A DNA stretch of 32,000 nucleotides from Alphaproteobacteria bacterium. Its GTDB lineage: Bacteria; Pseudomonadota; Alphaproteobacteria; Rs-D84; CASDRH01. Position 1 is the first letter of the stretch; each line of letters starts with the position of its first letter. Both the position numbers and the translations under genes were made by a program. Positions 17,373 to 24,728 of this stretch are shown piece after piece. A model generated the notes under the pieces. The model ran no database searches. It was not told the origin of the DNA and saw nothing but the letters and a program-made list of their open reading frames with translations. The stretch covers positions 79,678 through 111,677 of the forward strand of contig JAOASE010000006.1 in the NCBI GenBank assembly GCA_025210155.1. Direction: 5' to 3'.

Positions 17373-19625
17373 CTACATAAAATTATGCGGGTCAATGTCT
17401 ATCTTTAATTTTATTGAATTAGGTATCTTTAAACTAGAAGTCCAGTTTATTATTAATTGCTGAATATTCAACCTTTTTTCTGTTTTTATTAAAAATCTTT
17501 TTCTATGATTTCCTTTTATAAAAGCAATAGGAGCATCAACTGGGCCTAATATCATATATTTACTATCTGAAGATCTTGGTATTTCCCTTGCAAGTTGATT
17601 TGCGAAAACATCTAAGGCACCCTGATCTTTTGAAGTAAGGATAACTGCTGCTAGCCTACCAAATGGAGGCATAGATAGAAGCTTCCTTTCTGATACTTCT
17701 AAATTAAGGAACTCTTCTCTATCATTTTTAAGCAGGGCTTGCATGACTTTATTTTCCGGCTGAAAAGTCTGTATTACGACTTCCCCTGATTTTTCACCTC
17801 TTCCGGCTCTTCCGGAAACCTGGCTAAGTAATGCAAATGTTTTTTCACCAGCTCTTATATCAGCACCTGTTAACCCCATGTCTCCATCCACAACTATAAC
17901 TAAAGTTAAATTAGGAAAGTGATGACCTTTTGCAAAAATTTGCGTACCTATTATTATGTCGATATTTCCCTTTTCTATTTCCTCTATAGTTTCGTAAAGT
18001 TTTTTAGTTGTATTTAGAGTGTCTGAAGATAATATAGCAACCTTTTTAGTTGGGTATCTATTAGCAACTTCTTCTGCTAACCTTTCTATGCCAATACCAT
18101 ATAATGTGAAACTATCTTTTGCCTCACATTCTGAGCAAACATTTCTTATTCTTGAAAAATATCCACAATGATGACATTTCAACATTGGATTTTCTTTTCC
18201 GTGAGCCGTTAAATGCACATCGCAATTAGGGCATTTTTCTTTATGACCACAATCCTTACATATAGCTAAAGGAGCATAACCTCTTCTATTAAGAAATAAC
18301 ATAATCTGTTCATTTCTTCTTAACTTATCTTCTATCTTTTTTATTGAACTAGGAGATAAATAGCTATTGCCCCACTCTTCCTTAATGGGCTTATCAGATC
18401 TTAAATCACAAAGACTTATATCCGGCATTATAGCCTTACCAAATCTTGAATGAAGTTTTACCTCCTTAAATTTACCTGTTTGAACGTTAGCTATTGTCTC
18501 TAGAGATGGCGTTGCTGAAGCTAAGACTATTGGAATACTTTCGAATTTAGCTCTTACTACAGCCATATCCCTTCCGTGATAAACAACATTTTCTTCTTGT
18601 TTAAATGATCCATCATGCTCTTCATCGACTATAATTAGAGATAATTTGTGAAAAGGTAAAAACAATGCGGACCTTGTGCCAACTACAACTTTAGCTTCTC
18701 CACCTGCTATTGCTAGCCAATTCTTTTTTCTTTGGGATGGTGTTAATGAAGAATGCCAAAGAACTGGCTTGCAACCAAATCTTTTATTAAATTTCTTTAA
18801 AAACTGTCCCGTTAGAGAGATTTCTGGCAACATTATTAATGTTTGGTTTTCACTATTTTTTGATAGAATTTCATCTATAACCTTAAAATAAACTTCCGTC
18901 TTTCCTGAACCTGTAACACCATCTAAAAGGATGGGAGAAAAACCATTCTTTGCTTCTTCACATATAAATTTAACCGCTGAATCCTGACTTTCATTAAGAG
19001 TGAATTCCTTATCATAACTTATATTTTGGATCTCGGGTTTTATATCTTCAAACTTGATATCAAAACAGCCTGCCTTCTCCATTTCTTTTACAACTTGAGT
19101 TGAGGCTCCTGTTTTTTGAGATAGTTCCGATATAGTATAATAAAGACCTTCACCTTCAGTTTCAAATAAATCTATCACGGACCTTCTTGAATTAGTCATT
19201 CTAAATCCCTGCGGAATCCCAGATTTTGCAAATCCATAAAACCTTTCTTGCTTAGCTTCTTCAAATACCTCCTTAACGGGTATAGACATTTTAAACACAT
19301 TTCCTATTTTTGAAACAGTGTAATTAGAAACCCAAGATATAAAGTCTAAAAATTGTTTGGAAAAAGTTGGTAACTTATCAAACACCCTTTCAACTTCTTT
19401 CATTTTCTTTTCGGGTAAATTATCAACTGCAGCTGATAGGACTATGCCAAACTCTTTTTTGTTTCTAAGTGGTACTTGAACCAAACTACCTTCTTGCAAA
19501 TCTGAAATATGAATAGGCAAAAGATAATCATAACCTTTTTCCAGATTCAAAGGTAGTAGTATATTTTTTGATTTTCTATTGAATATTTCCATTTTAAAGA
19601 AGAACCTTTTTATCTTTTTAATCAC
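17373..19625 (-). CDS. priA: Primosomal replication restart helicase PriA
   Basis: 750 aa. Walker A 'DGVTGSGKTEVY' and DEEH box 'IIVDEEHD' are present. The Cys-rich zinc region reads 'CKDCGHKEKCPNCDVHLTAH...CHHCGY...CSEC'. An alternative start at M12 (19592) is possible. Confidence 0.95.
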   Translation of the reverse strand: MIKKIKRFFFKMEIFNRKSKNILLPLNLEKGYDYLLPIHISDLQEGSLVQVPLRNKKEFGIVLSAAVDNLPEKKMKEVERVFDKLPTFSKQFLDFISWVSNYTVSKIGNVFKMSIPVKEVFEEAKQERFYGFAKSGIPQGFRMTNSRRSVIDLFETEGEGLYYTISELSQKTGASTQVVKEMEKAGCFDIKFEDIKPEIQNISYDKEFTLNESQDSAVKFICEEAKNGFSPILLDGVTGSGKTEVYFKVIDEILSKNSENQTLIMLPEISLTGQFLKKFNKRFGCKPVLWHSSLTPSQRKKNWLAIAGGEAKVVVGTRSALFLPFHKLSLIIVDEEHDGSFKQEENVVYHGRDMAVVRAKFESIPIVLASATPSLETIANVQTGKFKEVKLHSRFGKAIMPDISLCDLRSDKPIKEEWGNSYLSPSSIKKIEDKLRRNEQIMLFLNRRGYAPLAICKDCGHKEKCPNCDVHLTAHGKENPMLKCHHCGYFSRIRNVCSECEAKDSFTLYGIGIERLAEEVANRYPTKKVAILSSDTLNTTKKLYETIEEIEKGNIDIIIGTQIFAKGHHFPNLTLVIVVDGDMGLTGADIRAGEKTFALLSQVSGRAGRGEKSGEVVIQTFQPENKVMQALLKNDREEFLNLEVSERKLLSMPPFGRLAAVILTSKDQGALDVFANQLAREIPRSSDSKYMILGPVDAPIAFIKGNHRKRFLIKTEKRLNIQQLIINWTSSLKIPNSIKLKIDIDPHNFM

Positions 19626-19677
19626 GGTGATTTATGATATAATATAACATCTTTTATTAAAATAAAAGGAGGAAATT

Positions 19678-19989
19678 ATGAAATTCAAAAAATTGATTTT
19701 ATCAATGTTTGTTGCAATAATATTTTTGAATATTAGCAATAGACCTGCTCGTTCAGATTATGAAGAAGAAAAAGAAATAGCGAATGGAATTGCTTCTATA
19801 TTTTTACAAACTGAAGATCCAGATGAAATTGAATTCGGCAGAGAAAAAATATCTCCTAGAGGTGGAAAATTTCAACTTAATGTTAATAAATCATTATGGG
19901 ATGAACCAGACTCTGAACTTAAATTAGAATATATTCAAAATGAAGATAGGGAAAATGAAAAGCCTCATGTTGATTTAAACTGGGAATAA
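19678..19989 (+). CDS. Hypothetical small exported acidic protein
   Basis: 103 aa. Signal-like 'LILSMFVAIIFLNISNRPARS/DY'. A strong RBS AAGGAGG lies 6 nt upstream, and a TGaTATAAT extended -10-like element lies about 40 nt upstream. No recognisable family. Confidence 0.55.
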   Translation: MKFKKLILSMFVAIIFLNISNRPARSDYEEEKEIANGIASIFLQTEDPDEIEFGREKISPRGGKFQLNVNKSLWDEPDSELKLEYIQNEDRENEKPHVDLNWE

Positions 19990-19994
19990 ATTAT

Positions 19995-20462
19995 TTATTC
20001 ACAACCATTCTGTTTTGCTAATTTAAATTTCGTTAATCTATTTCTTAATTCTTGAGTATTCGACTTTGAAATTATCAGTTTATATGAATTACAAAACTCA
20101 GAATTGTTATAGCTATATTTTATTGATGCTTGATTTGAATTTTCTGTTATAAAATTATTTAAATGTTTTTTATAATACTTCCCATATAAACTTTTATACA
20201 TATTTATTAGCTTAATATCTTGGGATTTAAAGAAGTTTTCAAAAAAGGTTATATATACCAACTCTTCTTTTGAAAAATCACAATTTCTTATAGCAAATAG
20301 TAAATTATCCTTCAGAACCCTTGTCTTAATCAACTCTTCTTCTGATGAAGTTAGACAATGAATTTCTGAAGCAGATGAAACAGAATAAAAAAATAAATTT
20401 AAAGGAATAATTATTAAAGAAATTTTCTTATAAATTAATTTACTTAAAATCATCTTATACAT
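19995..20462 (-). CDS. Hypothetical exported four-Cys protein
   Basis: 155 aa. Signal-like 'ISLIIIPLNLFFYSVSSASE'. There are 4 Cys in the mature part. RBS GGAGGGG lies upstream of the ATG. No recognisable family. Confidence 0.55.
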   Translation of the reverse strand: MYKMILSKLIYKKISLIIIPLNLFFYSVSSASEIHCLTSSEEELIKTRVLKDNLLFAIRNCDFSKEELVYITFFENFFKSQDIKLINMYKSLYGKYYKKHLNNFITENSNQASIKYSYNNSEFCNSYKLIISKSNTQELRNRLTKFKLAKQNGCE

Positions 20463-20596
20463 TCCCCTCCGTTGTTTTAATATATGCTATATAAAAATTT
20501 ATTAAAAGTAAAGCCGCTTTTGGTTATTGTCTTGATTTTTCCTTTCTTATTTTGTATTGTTTATTGAAATTAAAACTAACTATTAGAGGTGCTATT

Positions 20597-21160
20597 ATGA
20601 AAATGGATGCTGGAAGACTTAACAAAGGCAATATCATAGAATTTGAAGGTGCTCAATACTCTGTGTTGAAAACTTATACTATAAAACCTGGTAAAGGTGG
20701 TGCATTTATTCAAGTGGAAATGAGAAATGTTAAAACTGGAATAAAAAAAGAAACTAGATTTAGAACTAACGAAAGTGTTGAAAAACTTATGAATGAAAGT
20801 AAGCAATGTCAATACCTATTCTCTGAAGGGGATGATCTAGTCTTAATGGACAACAACACTTATGAACAATTTAATCTAGCTAAAGATGTTTTAGGAGGCT
20901 CACTTCCTTTATTAGAAGATGGTATGCAAGTTCATGTTCAATTCATTGAAGGAAATCCAATTGGTATTGAACTACCTAAATCTGTTGTTTGTGAAATTGA
21001 GGAAACAGAAGCTGTTGTTAAAGGTCAAACTGCTGCCAGTTCAAACAAACCTGCTACATTGACTAATGGATTGAGAGTTATGGTCCCTCCATTTATTGAT
21101 GCTGGTGAAAAGATTGTTGTTAATACTGAAGATCTTACTTATATAGAAAGAGCTAAGTAA
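20597..21160 (+). CDS. efp: Translation elongation factor P
   Basis: 187 aa from the ATG at 20597, with RBS AGAGGTG upstream. The loop 'KPGKGGAFIQVEMRN' carries the conserved Lys. Three OB/KOW-like domains are apparent. The track ORF start at 20552 is an over-extension. Confidence 0.95.
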   Translation: MKMDAGRLNKGNIIEFEGAQYSVLKTYTIKPGKGGAFIQVEMRNVKTGIKKETRFRTNESVEKLMNESKQCQYLFSEGDDLVLMDNNTYEQFNLAKDVLGGSLPLLEDGMQVHVQFIEGNPIGIELPKSVVCEIEETEAVVKGQTAASSNKPATLTNGLRVMVPPFIDAGEKIVVNTEDLTYIERAK

Positions 21161-21189
21161 TTCTTTTTATATTAAGATAGAGAAAATAA

Positions 21190-21216
21190 AACCTCCCAAT
21201 TGGGAGGTTATTTTTA
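21190..21216. terminator. Bidirectional rho-independent terminator between convergent efp and the 468-aa gene
   Basis: Perfect palindrome ACCTCCCAATTGGGAGGT (21191-21208). It is flanked by an A-rich run upstream and TATTTTTATTT downstream. Confidence 0.75.
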
Positions 21217-21217
21217 T

Positions 21218-22624
21218 TTAATCCTTCTTTGCTTCTCTCTTTATTTCCACATATCTATTAGATGGATTGTTTTTTTCAGATATATATATTTCTTTATCTA
21301 ATTTTATATCTTTATTTGATGAATTATTATTTACAACATCTATTGCTGCCTGAGCTCTATCGTTTGCTAATTTCTGATTATTAGGAGTTTTTCCACCATC
21401 AGCAGCTCCCGTTATAATATAATAACCCGAAGGAAGATTTTGTAAATTTGTTAAATTCATATCTCCAGCCTTAATTTTTGTAGCTCCTGAAGCGAAATGG
21501 ATTTTTATAAACTGACCAACCTTCATTTCCGACACTGATTTTGGGGAGCCACTTCCCATCTCTTCAACGTTAAATTTATAATTTTCTATTTCTTCAAGAG
21601 AATAGTTAACGATTGTTTTTCCCATAGTTTTATCAACACTGAATTTGCCTAGTTTATTATCATCTTCGATTCCCCATTTTTTAAACTTTTCTTTAACAGC
21701 TTCCGTTGGATTGGATTTTTCTGTCTGGATTGATTTCTCTTTTCCAATAGTTAATCCATTAGATTTTAATTTGTCAGAAATCTCTTTACCTTCTTTTGAT
21801 AGAGTTTGTTCTTTTGAAGTTGAAATTTCAAATTTCCCCTTATATTTTCCATCTTTAGATTCATATAAAACCTTTCCATCTTTTTCTATTAATGGAGTTT
21901 TTGGTTCAGGACATAACTTTCTTAAATATCTGGCTACCCAATAAACATTCCCATCTTTCGATGTTGTCCATTTCTTATCGACAGGACTATGTGGGTCTTT
22001 AGCATTAAGCCTATAAGATAGAACTCCTGAACCTCCAGCTGCTAATAAATCTTCACACGTTTTAGGTTCTTCAGTTTTAGCTTCTAACCCCTCTTGCCCT
22101 ATAGCTAGCTTACAGGCTGTTTTGTGTTGTAACCAATATCTACCTTTTTTCTTACACTTAACTAAATTAACAGACTTCATGCCCCTCATTGCCTTATTAG
22201 ACTCTCCAGTAGTAACTATAACACCTGTACCTACTGCAGTTAGAGCTGTTGCTGCTATAGTGACACCCTTATTATTTTTATATTTCTTTTCTGCTCTACC
22301 TAACTTTCTACTATAATTTTCATATTGAGATTTCAGGAATGCTAAATCCGAAGAAATTTCTTCATTATCATTATTTAACTTTGTTGAAATGTACTCTAAA
22401 TCTTTTTGATCAGATCTCTCGCATTCATCATCGTAAGAATTTACAAACGCAGATAATTCACTTAATCTTGATATATGATCCTCAATTTCGTCTTTACTAC
22501 TAGCAGAGGAAATATCTCCATTCTCACTTAGAATGGAATTAAAATTGCTTCTTGTTACTTCTGCTAATGCAAATGTTTGTAAAGAAAAAATGCAGCTTAT
22601 TGTTGTTAATATTATTTTTTTCAT
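21218..22624 (-). CDS. Exported protein: coiled coil, Ala/Thr/Gly-rich hydrophobic segment, Lys-rich middle, OmpA-like peptidoglycan-binding C-terminal domain
   Basis: 468 aa. Signal 'ILTTISCIFSLQTFALA/EV'. The hydrophobic segment 'GVTIAATALTAVGTGVIVTTG' spans aa 120-140. The C-terminal 'IHFASGATKI...YYIITGAADGGKTPNNQKLANDRAQAAIDVV...NRYVEIK' follows the OmpA_C pattern (F.f.s.a.l ... i.GhtD..G....N..LS..RA.aV ... NRRVEI). RBS AAAGGAAG lies upstream. Confidence 0.7.
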   Translation of the reverse strand: MKKIILTTISCIFSLQTFALAEVTRSNFNSILSENGDISSASSKDEIEDHISRLSELSAFVNSYDDECERSDQKDLEYISTKLNNDNEEISSDLAFLKSQYENYSRKLGRAEKKYKNNKGVTIAATALTAVGTGVIVTTGESNKAMRGMKSVNLVKCKKKGRYWLQHKTACKLAIGQEGLEAKTEEPKTCEDLLAAGGSGVLSYRLNAKDPHSPVDKKWTTSKDGNVYWVARYLRKLCPEPKTPLIEKDGKVLYESKDGKYKGKFEISTSKEQTLSKEGKEISDKLKSNGLTIGKEKSIQTEKSNPTEAVKEKFKKWGIEDDNKLGKFSVDKTMGKTIVNYSLEEIENYKFNVEEMGSGSPKSVSEMKVGQFIKIHFASGATKIKAGDMNLTNLQNLPSGYYIITGAADGGKTPNNQKLANDRAQAAIDVVNNNSSNKDIKLDKEIYISEKNNPSNRYVEIKREAKKD

Positions 22625-22651
22625 TATCTATCTTCCTTTAACGAATATAAA

Positions 22652-23872
22652 TTATATTGGGTAATCCATATTAAGATCTTTCATTAATTCTTCTTCGAAC
22701 TGTTGATTTTGTTCGAATATATCTTTATCTAAATTTTTAGAGTTATCTTTACTTGTTTCTTCCTTAGACTTTCTTTTACCTGAAAATAGTCCTTTTTTCT
22801 CCTTAGGATCTTTTACTTTTGAAGTTTTCTCTTTTTTCTCTTCTGGAGCTTTAGTCTTTTGAGAAGCTTTTGAAGTCTTAGAAGACTTATTAGTATACTT
22901 CTTTTTACACATAGTTTGAAGCATTGAAGATGTTACATCTTTTCCATTCCATTTAGAAAGAATGCCATTTTCATCCCATTCTGCATGAGCTGTGCTTAAT
23001 AATCTATCACATTTAGGTTTCTTCTTATTTCTATAATCTGAGCTACATAAACATTTTTTAATTGCAATATTTTTTGTTACTGAAATTGTTGCCCAAGTAG
23101 TTGCTGCTACAGCAGTAGTTCCAGAAATTATAGCTGTAGCTTGCATAGTTTTTGCTTTTTTATCCATGTCTTTGTAATCTTTTTTCACATCTGCAACTTC
23201 TTTTTTATACCAAAGAATTTCTTGAAGATTTGAAATAGTGTTATTAATAGACATTAAAGCTTCTGACCTTTGATCTGTGCAGTAAAAAACTTCTGCCGCC
23301 TCTTTACATATATGCTCTTCTTCTGAAAATACAAAATTCACGCCACAAGAACATTGTCCGTTAATCCAAGTTCCTGCTCCATTAGCTTCACATAAAGCCT
23401 GTCTTGTTTGACATTTACTTGAAGGGATAACATCGCTCCATACTAAACCAACGTTAACACAAGCTTCTTCTGTTCCACAATATATTGGAGTTTCCGCAGA
23501 ACAAACATGCTCTGTATCTTCTTGTTCTACACCATTAACGTTCTTTGGAAAACACATTCCATAGATAGTTTTACCCTGTGGATTAACCCATTCTGTAATA
23601 GTTTCCGTTGGATTACTTGAGTCGTTTGGATTTGTCTTTGTCCACTTTGTTTGCCAAAGACCACCTTGAGCCTCACAATCTTGCTGAGTATAACAGTAAA
23701 GAAGTGCATCTCCACAACCCATTTGTTTTTTCTCAACCTCATTGGTGAAAACATTTGTTGCAGAAACTCTACTTCTTGCGTAAGAGTTTGTTCTTTTACC
23801 TCTAGAATAAGATGTGCTTGCCATAGATAGCAACATCATTACAGATAATGATACATATAAAACTTTTTTCAT
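22652..23872 (-). CDS. Exported Cys-rich protein, paralogous in its central module to the adjacent 468-aa protein; Lys-rich tail with acidic C-terminus
   Basis: 406 aa from the ATG at 23872 (MKKVLYVSLSVMMLLSMASTSYS...), with RBS GAAGGGA upstream. The track ORF starts 29 codons earlier. The protein has 17 Cys. The motif C-x-T-x3-C-x3-G-x2-W occurs twice exactly, plus a third degenerate variant. The hydrophobic segment is 'QATAIISGTTAVAATTWATISVT'. The C-terminal tail reads 'KTSKASQKTKAPEEKKEKTSKVKDPKEKKGLFSGKRKSKEE...EEELMKDLNMDYPI'. Confidence 0.7.
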   Translation of the reverse strand: MKKVLYVSLSVMMLLSMASTSYSRGKRTNSYARSRVSATNVFTNEVEKKQMGCGDALLYCYTQQDCEAQGGLWQTKWTKTNPNDSSNPTETITEWVNPQGKTIYGMCFPKNVNGVEQEDTEHVCSAETPIYCGTEEACVNVGLVWSDVIPSSKCQTRQALCEANGAGTWINGQCSCGVNFVFSEEEHICKEAAEVFYCTDQRSEALMSINNTISNLQEILWYKKEVADVKKDYKDMDKKAKTMQATAIISGTTAVAATTWATISVTKNIAIKKCLCSSDYRNKKKPKCDRLLSTAHAEWDENGILSKWNGKDVTSSMLQTMCKKKYTNKSSKTSKASQKTKAPEEKKEKTSKVKDPKEKKGLFSGKRKSKEETSKDNSKNLDKDIFEQNQQFEEELMKDLNMDYPI

Positions 23873-23961
23873 TTCTAAATATCCCTTCTTATAAGAATGA
23901 TATATTTTAACATATTTTTCAATACCTTGCAAATAATTTAAACAACTGAGATTTAACAAAT

Positions 23962-23990
23962 AAAAAACCCCTCAAATTAGAGGGGATTTT
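23962..23990 (-). terminator. Rho-independent terminator downstream of rplY
   Basis: CCCCTC (23968-23973) pairs with GAGGGG (23980-23985) around a 6-nt loop. On the minus strand the stem is followed by a T-run (complement of the A-run at 23962-23967). Confidence 0.75.
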
Positions 23991-24009
23991 ATAGAAATAA
24001 CTATTTACA

Positions 24010-24639
24010 TTATTCTGCTGAAGCTTCTTCAGTAGCTTCTGCTGCTGGAGCTTCTTCAGCTGGAGCTTCTTCAGCGATCGGAGCTGAAATTGTAGCAACA
24101 GTGAATTTGTCAGCACTTGAAAGTTTAACACCTGCAGGAAGTTTAATATCTCCACAGTGAAGACTTTCTGCAACGTTAAGGTCTTTAATGTCAACAACGA
24201 TTTCTGAAGGTATTTTAGATGCAGCACATACTACTTCCAATTCTCTTCTAACGATGTTTAATACACCACCAGCTTTAACGCCTGCACAAGTGTCAGCATT
24301 TTCGAATTTAACTGGAACCGCAATCTTAACTTCTTTGTTTAAGTCGATTCTTAAGAAGTCAACGTGCATTGGAGCATCTGTTGTTTTTCCAAATTGGATG
24401 TCGTGACAGAATGCTAATTCTTTTTCCCCGCCTTCTACTTCGATTTCGAATTGCCTAGTTTTAAAACCTGGAACTTTCCATTCTTTTTCTAGATCTCTTG
24501 GGTCCATTTGAATCAATACTGGAGCTTTTTTGTTTCCATAGATTACACCTGGAAGCATTTTGTTAGCTCTAATAGATTTAACGATCCCCTTACCGCCATT
24601 TTCTCTAGCTTGTACTTTTAATGTTGATTTATTTGCCAT
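24010..24639 (-). CDS. rplY: 50S ribosomal protein L25 (Ctc-type, long form) with Ala/Glu-rich C-terminal tail
   Basis: 209 aa from the ATG at 24639 (MANKSTLKVQARENGGKG...), with RBS AAGGAA upstream. 'LPGVIYG' and a two-domain Ctc-type architecture are present. The tail reads 'APIAEEAPAEEAPAAEATEEASAE'. Confidence 0.9.
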   Translation of the reverse strand: MANKSTLKVQARENGGKGIVKSIRANKMLPGVIYGNKKAPVLIQMDPRDLEKEWKVPGFKTRQFEIEVEGGEKELAFCHDIQFGKTTDAPMHVDFLRIDLNKEVKIAVPVKFENADTCAGVKAGGVLNIVRRELEVVCAASKIPSEIVVDIKDLNVAESLHCGDIKLPAGVKLSSADKFTVATISAPIAEEAPAEEAPAAEATEEASAE

Positions 24640-24671
24640 TTTATTATTCCTTATATAATTTTTTATCAAGT

Positions 24672-24726
24672 GTTAGAATTAGAGGGAGGCCTCCAAGGGT
24701 GTCCGCCCTCTAATATAGTTTCTAAC
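24672..24726 (-). other. GC-rich nested inverted-repeat RNA structure in the rpsA-rplY intergenic spacer
   Basis: Outer arms GTTAGAA (24672-24678) and TTCTAAC (24720-24726). Inner arms TTAGAGGG (24679-24686) and CCCTCTAA (24706-24713). A central palindrome GGAGGCCTCC sits at 24685-24694. No T-run follows on the minus strand, so it is not a canonical intrinsic terminator. Confidence 0.5.
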
Positions 24727-24728
24727 AA

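Noticed and set aside
20552-20596. N-terminal extensions of track ORFs: efp 20552, glyA to 17395, rplY to 24669, Cys-rich protein to 23959, rpe 13650, plsY 9137, VirB8-like 26877 and 28717
   Set aside because: In each case an internal ATG with a good Shine-Dalgarno gives the family-typical N-terminus. The extension would also overlap the neighbouring gene or a terminator.
23919-24227. 102-aa minus-strand ORF with repeated 'LKKLQ' units, and the underlying DNA repeat GCTGGAGCTTCTTCA x2 (about 24043-24072)
   Set aside because: The ORF is an alternative frame of the rplY 3' end. The DNA repeat simply encodes the Ala/Glu-rich L25 tail (AEEAPAEEAP). It is a low-complexity coding repeat, not a separate gene or regulatory repeat.
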